DNA of 64,000 bases from Spirochaetia bacterium (GTDB taxonomy: Bacteria; Spirochaetota; Spirochaetia; UBA9216): positions 1,472,001-1,536,000 of the forward strand of contig CAXXYH010000004.1 of assembly GCA_963677925.2 (NCBI GenBank), given 5' to 3'. Below the pieces are notes generated by a model. It was not told the origin of the DNA. It saw only the letters and a program-made list of their open reading frames with translations, and did not search any database. Every line of letters starts with the position of its first letter. Position 1 is the first letter of the stretch. A program made the position numbers and the translations under genes. Shown here in pieces: positions 8,342-18,474 of this stretch.

Positions 8342-10504
8342 ATGGATGACAGATATTTTAAGCAGGCTTCGGCCGATACCGGCGTCCCCGTCAGGGGAGT
8401 AATTGCAGTCGCGGGACTTCTTGAAGAGGGGGCTACTGTTCCCTTTATAGCCCGCTATAGAAAAGAGGCAACAGGCAATCTTGATGAGGTTCAGATAATA
8501 GCCGTCAGGGATCGTCTTGAAGAAATTGCCGCCTTTGAAAAAAGACGTGAAGCAATCCTCTCCTCTCTGAAAGAACGGGAGCTTCTGACCGATGAGCTTG
8601 CCGCGGCAATTGACGCGGTTATGACCCTGAATGAACTGGAAGATCTCTATCTTCCATACCGCCCTAAGAAGAAAACCAGGGCCTCTGTTGCCGCGGAGAA
8701 GGGGCTTACTCCCCTTGCCGAAGCAATACTGTTATTCACCTGCAGCCTGCCGAAGGACGCCGAAGCTTTCATCAATCCAGAAAACGGAGTTGAAACTGCA
8801 GATGATGCACTCGCAGGAGCTTCGGATATCATTGCCGAGAAAGTTTCGGAGAGCAGCGCCGTCCGCGGAAAGCTTCGGGAACTCTTTGAACGCGATGCAG
8901 TTCTCAGTTCACAGGTTATTGCCAAAAAAAAGGAAGAGGCGGCCAAATACCAGGATTATTTTGATTTTTCCCAGCGGATTTCCGGGATTCCATCCCACCG
9001 CTTTCTGGCTGTAATGCGCGGGGCTGATGAGGGCTTTCTGCGATGGCACATCCTGCCTGATGAAGAGACCGCCCTGAAGATTATTAACCGTGAGTTTCAT
9101 GATCTTCTTCATAAACAGAGCGGGAGGAAGAACCCTGCCTGTACTGATTTTATCAGGGCGGCTTCGGCTGATGCTTACGGCAGGCTTATTGCCCCCTCAC
9201 TTGAAACTGAGACAAAGAAAGCGGCTAAACTAAGCGCCGATACCGAGGCTGTTTCGGTCTTTGCCGAGAACGTGCGCAACCTGCTTATGGCGGCCCCACT
9301 GGGCGCAAAGCGGATGATTGCTGTCGACCCGGGGCTTCGGACAGGATGCAAGGTTGTAGTTCTCGGCGCAGAGGGAGCCCTCCTTGAACATGATGTCATT
9401 TACCCCCTTCCGCCCCACAATAAAACAGCTGATGCAGAGCGCAAGCTGCTGGCCATGGCCTCAAAGTATAAAACCGAGGTCGTTGCTGTAGGTAACGGAA
9501 CAGGCGGAAGAGAGACTGAATCCTTTCTGCGCTCGGTATTCGCCGGGTCGACGGTGATTATAGAATCGGTTAATGAAAGCGGCGCTTCTGTTTATTCCGC
9601 ATCTGAGGCTGCACGGCGTGAGTTTCCTGACCAGGACGTTACAGTCCGGGGAGCTGTCTCAATCGGGCGGCGCCTGATGGATCCGCTGGCAGAGCTTGTA
9701 AAGATCGACCCGGGTTCAATCGGGGTCGGCCAGTATCAGCACGATGTTGATTCAAAGCTTCTTAAGAAGGGGCTTGATGATGTTGTTATATCATGCGTTA
9801 ACTCCGTCGGTGTTGAACTGAATACCGCCAGCAGCGAACTGCTTTCGTATGTTTCCGGACTCAGCAGAAAGACTGCTGATGCAATCGTAAAGAACCGTGA
9901 AAAGACCGGCAGCTTCAAGGCCCGTGAACAGCTTCTGAAGGTCGGCGGGGTAGGCGATAAGGTCTATCAGCAGGCGGCAGGCTTCCTGCGCATCAATAAT
10001 GGCAAGAATCCCCTTGATTCCAGCGGTGTCCACCCTGAAAGCTACCCGATTGTAGAGAAGATGGCCAAAAACAGCGGCTGTTCTGTGGCAGAGCTTATGA
10101 ACGATCCTAAAAAAATTGATTCCCTTGTGCCGCGTGATTATATTAGTGAAAGCGCCGGTCTTCCAACTGTGAACGATATTATTGCCGAGCTTAAAAAGCC
10201 GGGACGTGATCCGAGGGATGAATACAGGTTTTTCAGCTTTAGTGAGGGCATTAAAACGATGTCCGACCTGAAGGAGGGAATGCTTGTAAACGGCATAGTT
10301 ACAAACGTTGCAGCCTTTGGTGCCTTTGTTGATACCGGGGTGCATCAGGACGGACTGGTTCACATCAGTGAAATATCGGAGCATTTTATAAAGAACCCGT
10401 CCGATATTCTAAAGGTCGGCCAGTACGTTCAGGTGAAGGTTCTTGCCGTAGATGAAAAGAGGAAAAGGATCTCCCTTTCAATGAAGGGTGTTCCCCAGGG
10501 ATAG
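8342..10504 (+). CDS. tex: Tex family RNA-binding transcription accessory protein
   Basis: EGATVPFIARYRKEATG, LEDLYLPYRPKKKTRA, DPGLRTGCK, ESGASVYSAS, IGVGQYQHDV, C-terminal S1 domain. Confidence 0.97.
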   Translation: MDDRYFKQASADTGVPVRGVIAVAGLLEEGATVPFIARYRKEATGNLDEVQIIAVRDRLEEIAAFEKRREAILSSLKERELLTDELAAAIDAVMTLNELEDLYLPYRPKKKTRASVAAEKGLTPLAEAILLFTCSLPKDAEAFINPENGVETADDALAGASDIIAEKVSESSAVRGKLRELFERDAVLSSQVIAKKKEEAAKYQDYFDFSQRISGIPSHRFLAVMRGADEGFLRWHILPDEETALKIINREFHDLLHKQSGRKNPACTDFIRAASADAYGRLIAPSLETETKKAAKLSADTEAVSVFAENVRNLLMAAPLGAKRMIAVDPGLRTGCKVVVLGAEGALLEHDVIYPLPPHNKTADAERKLLAMASKYKTEVVAVGNGTGGRETESFLRSVFAGSTVIIESVNESGASVYSASEAARREFPDQDVTVRGAVSIGRRLMDPLAELVKIDPGSIGVGQYQHDVDSKLLKKGLDDVVISCVNSVGVELNTASSELLSYVSGLSRKTADAIVKNREKTGSFKAREQLLKVGGVGDKVYQQAAGFLRINNGKNPLDSSGVHPESYPIVEKMAKNSGCSVAELMNDPKKIDSLVPRDYISESAGLPTVNDIIAELKKPGRDPRDEYRFFSFSEGIKTMSDLKEGMLVNGIVTNVAAFGAFVDTGVHQDGLVHISEISEHFIKNPSDILKVGQYVQVKVLAVDEKRKRISLSMKGVPQG

Positions 10505-10507
10505 ATT

Positions 10508-11440
10508 ATGCAGAAAAAAACTGTTTTTATAGACACCGATTGCGGTATCGATGATGCTGTAGCCATCATGATGGCTCTTGCGGCTCCGGAACTTGAAGTT
10601 GCCGGAATAAGCTGCGTTGCAGGCAATACCAGCCTTGATAATGTTGTAAATAACGTATGCGGGCTTCTTTCTTTTTCCGGCCGGACCGATGTTCCGGTAT
10701 TCAAAGGGGCTGCCTTTCCCTTTGTCAGAAACGAGATTCGTTCGGACAATATACACGGAGCCAGCGGCCTTGGAAATGTCAAGCTTGATGCCTCGGCAAA
10801 GAGCATTGATGCATTGAATGCTGTTGATGGTCTTCTCAAAACTGCTGAGGAGAACAGGGGGATGACCCTGGTAACACTCGGGCCGCTTACAAATATAGCC
10901 ATCGCGCTTAATCTGTATCCGCAGCTGAAGGACCTTCTTGGAGAAATAGTGATGATGGGCGGGGCAATCGGTCCGGGAAATGTAACACCCCATGCCGAGT
11001 TTAACTTTGCCTATGATCCGGAGGCAATCGCCTTCTGTCTTTCCGCCGGGCTTCCGGTCAGTATCCTCACCTGGGATGCTGTAATGGATATGATTTACAC
11101 TGAAGAGGAGTTTGATGCCCTCGATATGGGCGGAACCGCCGCAGGACAGCTTTTTCTGGATCTCCAGAGCTTCTACATGGATTACAAGGAAAGCGTCTAT
11201 GGAAAGAGGCTTATCTCCTTTCCCGATCCGCTTGCCATGGCCTGTGTGATAGATCCATCATCGGTTACAGAATCAGAAAAAATGAATCTCGGAATAATAC
11301 TCGATCAGAGCGATGCGAGGCGCGGAGCCTCGGTTAAGGATGAAAAATTCGGCGGTTATGCCGATGTGATTACAAAATGCGATATAGACAAGTTCTCTGC
11401 TCTTCTGAAGCGGATAAAATACATAGGACAGAAAGGTTAG
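10508..11440 (+). CDS. Inosine/uridine-preferring nucleoside hydrolase
   Basis: DTDCGIDDA, AGN, HGASGLG, LGPLTNIA, AEFNFAYDPEA, PDP. Confidence 0.95.
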   Translation: MQKKTVFIDTDCGIDDAVAIMMALAAPELEVAGISCVAGNTSLDNVVNNVCGLLSFSGRTDVPVFKGAAFPFVRNEIRSDNIHGASGLGNVKLDASAKSIDALNAVDGLLKTAEENRGMTLVTLGPLTNIAIALNLYPQLKDLLGEIVMMGGAIGPGNVTPHAEFNFAYDPEAIAFCLSAGLPVSILTWDAVMDMIYTEEEFDALDMGGTAAGQLFLDLQSFYMDYKESVYGKRLISFPDPLAMACVIDPSSVTESEKMNLGIILDQSDARRGASVKDEKFGGYADVITKCDIDKFSALLKRIKYIGQKG

Positions 11441-11450
11441 ACAGATATTG

Positions 11451-14411
11451 ATGTACAGAATCGGAGAAAAACACCACGGATTTATATCAACAGAGATAGA
11501 TGACCTTCCTGAATACAAGGGCGAAGGCTTCCGTTTTACACATGAAAAGACAGGTCTTGACCTCTACCATGTAAAAAACGATGACAAGGAGAACCTCTTC
11601 TCCTTTATTTTCAAGACTCCGCCCTATGATGATACAGGCCTTCCCCACATCCTTGAGCACTGTGTTCTAAGCGGTTCAAGGAAGTATCCGATAAAGGACC
11701 CCTTCCTTGCAATGATGAACGGAAGCATGAATACCTTCCTCAACGCGATGACTTATCCCGATAAGACCGTCTTTCCGGCGGCATCAACTGTTGAACGCGA
11801 CTATTTCAACCTGATGAGCGTCTATGGAGACGCTGTTTTCTTTCCCCTGCTCAAAGAGGAAATTTTCATGCAGGAGGGAATACGCTTTGAAAAGGACGGA
11901 GACGGCGGCATACTGCCGCAGGGCGTTGTTTTCAACGAGATGAAGGGCGCCTACTCAAACCATGACTCCATTGCCTCTGAATATTCATACCGGAAACTTT
12001 TTCCCGATACGCCCTACCGCTTCGACAGCGGCGGGGAACCCTCGGCTATACCATCGCTTACCTATGAGGCCTTTGTTGCCTTTCACAAGCGCTACTATCA
12101 TCCTTCAAACTGCCGGATCTTTCTTTATGGTGATATAGAAACAGACAAGCAGCTGGCTTTCATTGAAGAAAACTTCCTTGGCGGATTTTCTGCAAAGGCG
12201 GAACCTGCAGAGGAACTCAACTTGCAGCCTGGCTGGTCTGCACCGGTTGTTGAAACCATCACCTGTCCCTTCGATGAGGATGGTGAGGGTGATGACCTTG
12301 CCACAATAACCATGAACTGGAAAACCGCCGGAGTGGGAGAACCCATAAACATTCTTGCATTCGAGGTACTAGCCGAAGCTCTCCTCGGAAATATGGGTGC
12401 CCCGGTCTACAAGGCCGTTGTTGAATCCGGACTCGGTGAAGATCTGAGCCCTGTAAGCGGAATAGAAACCGATCTGCGCGAGATTGTTTTTTCCATAGGA
12501 ATACGCGGGGCAAAAGCTGAATCAAGGGAAGATTTTGAAAAGCTGATCATGGATCTACTTGAGGATATGGCCGAAAACGGAATTCCAGCCGATTCGCTTA
12601 CCGGTGCAATTCACAAGGTTGAGTTCAGAAACCGTGAGATAAAGGGCGGAGCCCCCTTCGGCCTCAGACTGATGGGCCGTTCGCTCAAGGGCTGGCTGCA
12701 TGATGCTTCGCCTTCACATACAATGGTTTATGAATCGAGTATGGAGGAACTGAAGCGAAGAATTGCCGATGACAGCTCCTATTTCAGCAGGATGCTTAAG
12801 ACCTGGTTCATCGACAATCCCAACAGAATTACTCTTTCCGTTGTTCCCGATGCCGGTCATAACAGCAGGATGGACAGTGATATCGAAGCTGCTGTTGAGA
12901 AGCGGAGAGCCTCGTATACTGCCGAAGAAGCCTCCTCCCAGGATGAAAAACTTGAATCCTTTCAGAACTTTCAGGAGCAGCCTGATGATAAAAATGCGGA
13001 TCTGATTCCGACTCTGGATCTTGAAGATCTTCCGCTTGAAATACGAAAAATTAAAACCGATCAGGAGACCTTCAGCGGAGTTCCGCTTTATTCCCATAAG
13101 CTCTTTACAAACGGAATTGTCTACCTCGATCTGGCAATTGATGTACGGGATATCGAGGACGAAGACGGAATGCTTCTGCCCTTCTTCAGCAGGATGATAT
13201 GCTCATCGGCGCTGCCTGATATGACCTATGACGAGGTTGCTGTAAAGCTTTCAATGATTACCGGCGGGCTGTATACCTTTCTTGAATCAAGCCGGACGGC
13301 AGGGAAAGATCCGAAAAGGAAGGATTACCTCTTTTTCAGGCTGAAAGCCCTTGAGTCTGATTTTGATGAGGCAATGAAACTTACATCCGACCTTTTTCTT
13401 AAATCCCTCATCGGAGATGAAACCAGGATTAAAGACCTGCTGCTTGAGATGAAGAATGATTTCAAATCAAGCATTATTCCTGCCGGACATTCCTTCTGTG
13501 CTGTTAAAGCAGGCGCCGAGTTTGACCGGGTTCTTGAACGTGAGGATGAATGGCGGGGAACAAGGCAGTATCTCTACATAAACAGCCTGGCCGCAGATCT
13601 TAAGAAGTCAGTTCCCCAGATAGGGAAAAAACTGCTTGAAATCAGGGACGAACTCTTTGCTCCGGGAAGAATTTCATTCAATATTACCTGTGAAGAGGCT
13701 TCGGTCGGTATGGTGAAAGAGGGTATAGTTGATTTTCTGAAGAAGATTGACGACCGTGAATCTGTCCGCCAGCGAAAGGCTGCCGGAGCACCGCTTAAAA
13801 ATGAACCTGCTTTTTCGATGGCTTCACTGGCCGTTCCCTCATCAATCTGCTATACAGCGGCGGCCTTCCCCTGTTCAAAGCTTGGAACCGAAGAGCATTC
13901 CCATGAAACCCTGCTTGGACATCTGCTTAAAACAAACTACCTCTGGGAAGAGGTCCGGATGAAAAACGGAGCCTACGGTGTATATGCCGCGGTCAACGGA
14001 ACCGAAGGCCTTTTCACCCTTTCAACCTACAGGGACCCTGCTCCAGGAAAGAATATCAATGCAACCAGGACCGCCTTTGATTCGGCAATTTCAGGCCGCT
14101 ACAAATACAAAGATTTGAAGAAAGCAATTATTACAGTCGTCGGTAAGGATGCAAAACCCCTGAGCCCCGGTGAGCAGAGTCTGATCGGTTTCAGGCGGGA
14201 ACTCTATGACATTACCGACGAAATGCGTCAGCAGAAGAGAGAGGCAATGCTTGGTACAACTACCGAGGATATAATGGATGCCGCTATCAGGCTTAAGGAA
14301 AATATGAAGGGCTCGGTCACAGTAGTGATGGGACCTGATTCTGTAATAAATGAACTTGCTGCCGAGTTCGGCGATGAGATAAAGGAAAACCGCCAGCAGC
14401 TGCCGCTGTAA
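11451..14411 (+). CDS. M16C (presequence protease/insulinase-like) zinc metallopeptidase
   Basis: Inverted zinc motif HILEH, FLNAMTYPDKT, GVVFNEMKG, SGGEP, YHPSN, VRMKNGAYG, TYRDP. Confidence 0.95.
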   Translation: MYRIGEKHHGFISTEIDDLPEYKGEGFRFTHEKTGLDLYHVKNDDKENLFSFIFKTPPYDDTGLPHILEHCVLSGSRKYPIKDPFLAMMNGSMNTFLNAMTYPDKTVFPAASTVERDYFNLMSVYGDAVFFPLLKEEIFMQEGIRFEKDGDGGILPQGVVFNEMKGAYSNHDSIASEYSYRKLFPDTPYRFDSGGEPSAIPSLTYEAFVAFHKRYYHPSNCRIFLYGDIETDKQLAFIEENFLGGFSAKAEPAEELNLQPGWSAPVVETITCPFDEDGEGDDLATITMNWKTAGVGEPINILAFEVLAEALLGNMGAPVYKAVVESGLGEDLSPVSGIETDLREIVFSIGIRGAKAESREDFEKLIMDLLEDMAENGIPADSLTGAIHKVEFRNREIKGGAPFGLRLMGRSLKGWLHDASPSHTMVYESSMEELKRRIADDSSYFSRMLKTWFIDNPNRITLSVVPDAGHNSRMDSDIEAAVEKRRASYTAEEASSQDEKLESFQNFQEQPDDKNADLIPTLDLEDLPLEIRKIKTDQETFSGVPLYSHKLFTNGIVYLDLAIDVRDIEDEDGMLLPFFSRMICSSALPDMTYDEVAVKLSMITGGLYTFLESSRTAGKDPKRKDYLFFRLKALESDFDEAMKLTSDLFLKSLIGDETRIKDLLLEMKNDFKSSIIPAGHSFCAVKAGAEFDRVLEREDEWRGTRQYLYINSLAADLKKSVPQIGKKLLEIRDELFAPGRISFNITCEEASVGMVKEGIVDFLKKIDDRESVRQRKAAGAPLKNEPAFSMASLAVPSSICYTAAAFPCSKLGTEEHSHETLLGHLLKTNYLWEEVRMKNGAYGVYAAVNGTEGLFTLSTYRDPAPGKNINATRTAFDSAISGRYKYKDLKKAIITVVGKDAKPLSPGEQSLIGFRRELYDITDEMRQQKREAMLGTTTEDIMDAAIRLKENMKGSVTVVMGPDSVINELAAEFGDEIKENRQQLPL

Positions 14412-14488
14412 GGGTAACCGCGGCTGTCGCCTTAAAAAGGAACTGTCAGCGCCTAAGCTTCTTTCATAGCGGAAGCTTAGGCAGTTCC
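14409..14488. terminator. Hairpins between convergent genes (probable bidirectional terminator)
   Basis: GCCTAAGCTTC (14451-14461)/GAAGCTTAGGC (14472-14482), extended by GGAACTG/CAGTTCC; second weaker TAAGG...CCTTA hairpin followed by an A-tract. Confidence 0.55.
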
Positions 14489-14496
14489 AATCCTTC

Positions 14497-17295
14497 CTAC
14501 CAGCTGAATCCCAGGAGCAGAACAGTATCCTGAAGGGTGAATACACCGTTCTGGGTATTATATGCGAACCTGATTCCTGAACTCAGTTCAACCTCTGTGA
14601 ACAGAATATTGTAATTAAACCACAATTCAATTCCCGTTGTCTGAAGCAGTTCATCAGGAGTGAAGGATGCAGGTATCATGCTGTTATAGCAGAAACTTGT
14701 ATCAAGAAAAATATCAGTCCAAATTCTCTGAAGGTAAAACAGGCTGCCAAGCGAGAAATCCGGGTAGGCCAGTGGAAACATGTAGTCGAGTGTTGCTGTG
14801 TACATTGCTGTATAACCGTAATCTGATGCTGTCATAGCCCTCGGAGCAGTCCATGATGCTAAATTATAACGCTCTGAACCGGGATTCAATCCGGCTTCTA
14901 TTCCTGCCATTATACCGTGATTTTCTAAAAAAGAAGGAAGGTAGGTTTCCAGCCTGCTGAATATATAATTGTAGTAGGCCGGATCCAGGCTCAGATACCA
15001 TGTTGCATCAAGTGTAAATCCTGTCCGTGGAATCAGGTCTTTCACTGCCTGATATTCATAAACAGAAAGCGACAGGTTGTTCTGAAGTACTGTCTGAAAA
15101 TTGATACTGCTGCTGTCATTTATGTTTGCAAGCAGGGTAGTCTGAGTATAAAGAGATCTCAGTATATTTCCTGAGGAAAAATTAAAGGGAAGCATTACTC
15201 CGGTGTAGGCTATAGTATTAAAATAACTTCCCGGAGAAACCGCCGGAGTGCCGGTTTCGATACCGTAGACCAGCACCGGCCACAGCCCGCCGTACCATCC
15301 TGATATTGATGCGGCAAGTTCGATTGAATCAGGGTTATAACCTGCACCGATCATGTTTGATGTGTATCCAAGGATATCATCAGCCTGCATATAGGCAAGG
15401 ACAGCCCCGCTGAACTCTGATGTTGTGACTCCGCGGCTGTGAAAATTGAAGGCTCCCGGGAATGGGCTGTAATCGCGTACTGTGTAATCCCTGTCCTGTG
15501 TTTTTGCTTCATCCAGATTGTCGGGATATTTTATCCCGTTTTCCTGCTCTACAAGCCCGGTAAAGTAATCGACATGATGATTCTCAATGCCGGAGGCAGG
15601 CAGCAGTTCCATTTCTGCTGAATCAAGCATCACCGGACGGTAGCCTCCGATCGTATAATCAGCCGCGATAAGCCCGTTTGCCGCAGGAACCGGATTTGAC
15701 AGTCCGAAGCTGCTTCCTGCCGCCCTGTGCAGCTCACCGGTAACGAGGTCTACTGCATGTACTTCTTCGATGCCGGCCGCAGTTGAAATAAAATACAGGT
15801 AATCTTTGGAAGCTGCCGGGCCGGAGATGTCATAATCAGCGTCTTTAAGCAGAATCCGGGACTTTCCTGTCTCTGAATAAATCTGGACTATGGACTTTCT
15901 CCAGTTCTGCTGTCTTAAGAGGATAACCGATCTGCCGTCTGTACTCCAGCATGTCTGGAAATTGGAGCTTCCGTCCGGAAGGTTATATTTGTTAATAAGT
16001 TCTCCGCTGTCAGAATCAATAATTACAAGGTTTTCTGTGCAGTCTTCAAGTATCTCCACAGCCGCAACTCTTTGGGCATCCGGGGAGAGCGAAGGAGAGA
16101 AATACCTTGTTTTGTCAGTTATGAGTCTGTATTCTCCGGTTGCGGGTTCATAGCGCCTTATTTCATCGTAACTAAGGTTCCCCCAGCGCAGATCACCGGT
16201 CACCTCGGTCCAGCAGAATACTCCGTTTTGAAATGAAATGTTCCGGTCGGCGGGATTTATCGTTTTAAGCCTTGTGTTTTTGCCGTCTGCCCCGATTACG
16301 CCAAGCCATGGTCTGCGTGAGTAGGAAGTGTTGTAGGTGTAAACTTCACCTGCTGCGCCTGTTCCGACAGGATATATATTCTGATAGCTGTCATTCTCAG
16401 GCCTGTAAACTTCCTGCATCGGTGATATTTGATAAAAAGATTTCTGCTCCGTCCATTTCTCTTCAAGATCAGAAAGACAGGCCTTCCATAGCGTATTAAC
16501 GCTTTTCCCTGTGTATTTCTTAACCGACAGGTTGAGAATCGTCGGTACGAAGGAGAAATCAGCTGCAGTTTCAAGAATACGGTTGAACTTCTCTATACCG
16601 TATTTATCACGGATGTAGGCGGCAAGATGGTAGCCGTTTACATAATAGTTTGGAAAGTAGCTGCCTGTTGAGCCGAGCATTGCCTGTGAATAATCAGGAG
16701 TCTCTCCGCTTAATACCTGGGTCCGCAGCCCGCGTTCAAAGCCGGGCAGCCGTCCGCGTCCGGAATCTGTGAGCAGGGTTTCTGTGATAACAGCGTCTCC
16801 CTCCCATACCCAGGAGGGTACTGCAAAATGCGACATGGCTGCTGAGCCGTATTCACCGAAGAGAAAGGCTGCAAATGCTGTAAAGCCGCGGTTTAGCTTT
16901 TCATTCTGAACAATATGCCGCAGTTCATGTATCCATACAAATTCCAGCCAGTCTGATGTTCCGCTGAGTGTTGAACCCTGCGGCGGAAGATTGTAGAGCA
17001 TTGAGTGCTCGGGGGCTGATGCTACATAGCCGTTGCTTATCGTGTAGGTATTGTTCAGCACAACCTGCCACCGGTCGGTAGCCGTTTTCAGGCTGTAGGC
17101 ATCCGTATCGTATATGTAGTCAAATAATTGGGCTGTTTCCATGGCCGTATCAGTCATATCAGCCGGAAAGATCAGTGTGAAATTATCTGCTTCAATCTTT
17201 TTCCAGTCCATACCCGGGGGAAACTGGTTTGTCTGTGCCGATAACGATAAAACCGTTACGGCCGAAATGAGAAGAAATGCTGTAAACTTTTTCAT
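14497..17295 (-). CDS. Exported protein: gluzincin-like HExxH domain + TolB-like beta-propeller + putative C-terminal outer-membrane beta-barrel (WD40-Omp85-like)
   Basis: Signal peptide; WIHELRH...WVWEGDAV; propeller repeats (YFSPSLSPDAQRVA, TCWSTDGRSVI); amphipathic strands ending LLGFSW. Confidence 0.7.
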   Translation of the reverse strand: MKKFTAFLLISAVTVLSLSAQTNQFPPGMDWKKIEADNFTLIFPADMTDTAMETAQLFDYIYDTDAYSLKTATDRWQVVLNNTYTISNGYVASAPEHSMLYNLPPQGSTLSGTSDWLEFVWIHELRHIVQNEKLNRGFTAFAAFLFGEYGSAAMSHFAVPSWVWEGDAVITETLLTDSGRGRLPGFERGLRTQVLSGETPDYSQAMLGSTGSYFPNYYVNGYHLAAYIRDKYGIEKFNRILETAADFSFVPTILNLSVKKYTGKSVNTLWKACLSDLEEKWTEQKSFYQISPMQEVYRPENDSYQNIYPVGTGAAGEVYTYNTSYSRRPWLGVIGADGKNTRLKTINPADRNISFQNGVFCWTEVTGDLRWGNLSYDEIRRYEPATGEYRLITDKTRYFSPSLSPDAQRVAAVEILEDCTENLVIIDSDSGELINKYNLPDGSSNFQTCWSTDGRSVILLRQQNWRKSIVQIYSETGKSRILLKDADYDISGPAASKDYLYFISTAAGIEEVHAVDLVTGELHRAAGSSFGLSNPVPAANGLIAADYTIGGYRPVMLDSAEMELLPASGIENHHVDYFTGLVEQENGIKYPDNLDEAKTQDRDYTVRDYSPFPGAFNFHSRGVTTSEFSGAVLAYMQADDILGYTSNMIGAGYNPDSIELAASISGWYGGLWPVLVYGIETGTPAVSPGSYFNTIAYTGVMLPFNFSSGNILRSLYTQTTLLANINDSSSINFQTVLQNNLSLSVYEYQAVKDLIPRTGFTLDATWYLSLDPAYYNYIFSRLETYLPSFLENHGIMAGIEAGLNPGSERYNLASWTAPRAMTASDYGYTAMYTATLDYMFPLAYPDFSLGSLFYLQRIWTDIFLDTSFCYNSMIPASFTPDELLQTTGIELWFNYNILFTEVELSSGIRFAYNTQNGVFTLQDTVLLLGFSW

Positions 17296-17296
17296 A

Positions 17297-18409
17297 TTAC
17301 TTCCTGAAGAAGGATTTTCTTATTCCCCGCAGCAGATTGATGATTTCACGATCAAAATCAGTAGCCGTCAGGGATGTCTTTCCGGGAATCACTATCCAGT
17401 CCGGAACTTTCAGTTCCATCGGATCAAAATGTCTCGCCCACTGTCTTGAAATTTTCATGGAAACGGCATAGGGCATCAGCCTGAAGAAAAGACTGCTGTC
17501 CTTTTCGGATGCCTGCTTAAGCGCATCATCATTGGCGTTAAGGATATAGTTTCTGAACCCCAGGGCATGTTCGTACTGCTGTTCTCCGTAAGAGGTCATT
17601 CTGGTCATCATATTCATTACAATGGTGATGATAAACGCAGTTATAACAGAGAATACGTATCTGAAGCCGCTTGTTCCACCTCCGATGATCATGAAGGCAG
17701 TTAGAAGTATCGCTAGCCCGGTACTTAGTATCAGTGCGAACATGATAAAAAGCCATGCTTTATCTGTACGCAGCTGTTTGGGTCTTGCAAGCAGAAAACT
17801 GATGAAATAAAGCGCAACAAGGATGAAGGCACTTATGGATATTGTTATTCCGGGTCCGAATCTGAATGTATTGCGCAGCAGAACCATCTCGATGATAAGC
17901 AGCTTTGCAACCGGCAGAAGTGCAAAAAATCCGACAAGGACAATGTTCCTGGCGCTGTCGGCAGAGTAAAGTCTGAACTCGGGGTTTGATGTGAAATGTT
18001 TGACAAGCTTTCCCCTTGTCCGGCGTATCCGTCCGTAGATTGCCGAGATAATGTTAACTCTTCTGAAAATCTCTCCGTCGCCGTAGCGGTTGAAAAGGTT
18101 GTCAAAAAGATAAATTTCATACTGCCTGGCATTGTAGGGGAGGTCTTTGAGTTTCTGAATGTGAAAATCAACCCCGCTGTGAATGCGGATATAACCGTTT
18201 TCCGCCCAGTTCAGAATTATTACTGCGATCTCCATGTCCGAAGTTTTACCCGTAAGGAGGTAGCTTATTTCCGAAGGCAGTATGTTTTCAGGAGGCGCAT
18301 CCTCCATCGACGGAAAAAAATCCCTGCTCTGACCCCTGTAATACCATATGAGAAAAGGAATAAGGGTCAGGACTAAATCCAGAGCCAAATCTACTATCTG
18401 CATTATCAT
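17297..18409 (-). CDS. DUF2207-like membrane protein (membrane/C-terminal part only)
   Basis: PPENILPSEISYLL, IILNWAENGYIRI, YEIYLFDNLF, MTSYGEQQYEHALGFRNYI, LMPYAVSM, WARHF, PDW. Start may be the second ATG at 18403. Confidence 0.75.
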   Translation of the reverse strand: MIMQIVDLALDLVLTLIPFLIWYYRGQSRDFFPSMEDAPPENILPSEISYLLTGKTSDMEIAVIILNWAENGYIRIHSGVDFHIQKLKDLPYNARQYEIYLFDNLFNRYGDGEIFRRVNIISAIYGRIRRTRGKLVKHFTSNPEFRLYSADSARNIVLVGFFALLPVAKLLIIEMVLLRNTFRFGPGITISISAFILVALYFISFLLARPKQLRTDKAWLFIMFALILSTGLAILLTAFMIIGGGTSGFRYVFSVITAFIITIVMNMMTRMTSYGEQQYEHALGFRNYILNANDDALKQASEKDSSLFFRLMPYAVSMKISRQWARHFDPMELKVPDWIVIPGKTSLTATDFDREIINLLRGIRKSFFRK

Positions 18410-18474
18410 AATATAAACTATATTCGTTTAATTGTCATATTTAAAGATTAGGATTCTCATGATATCTTTAGTTC

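Noticed and set aside
6301-10993. Minus-strand ORFs 6301-6888, 9791-10384, 10429-10902 and 10478-10993
   Set aside because: Antisense to flotillin, tex and nucleoside hydrolase; shadow ORFs.
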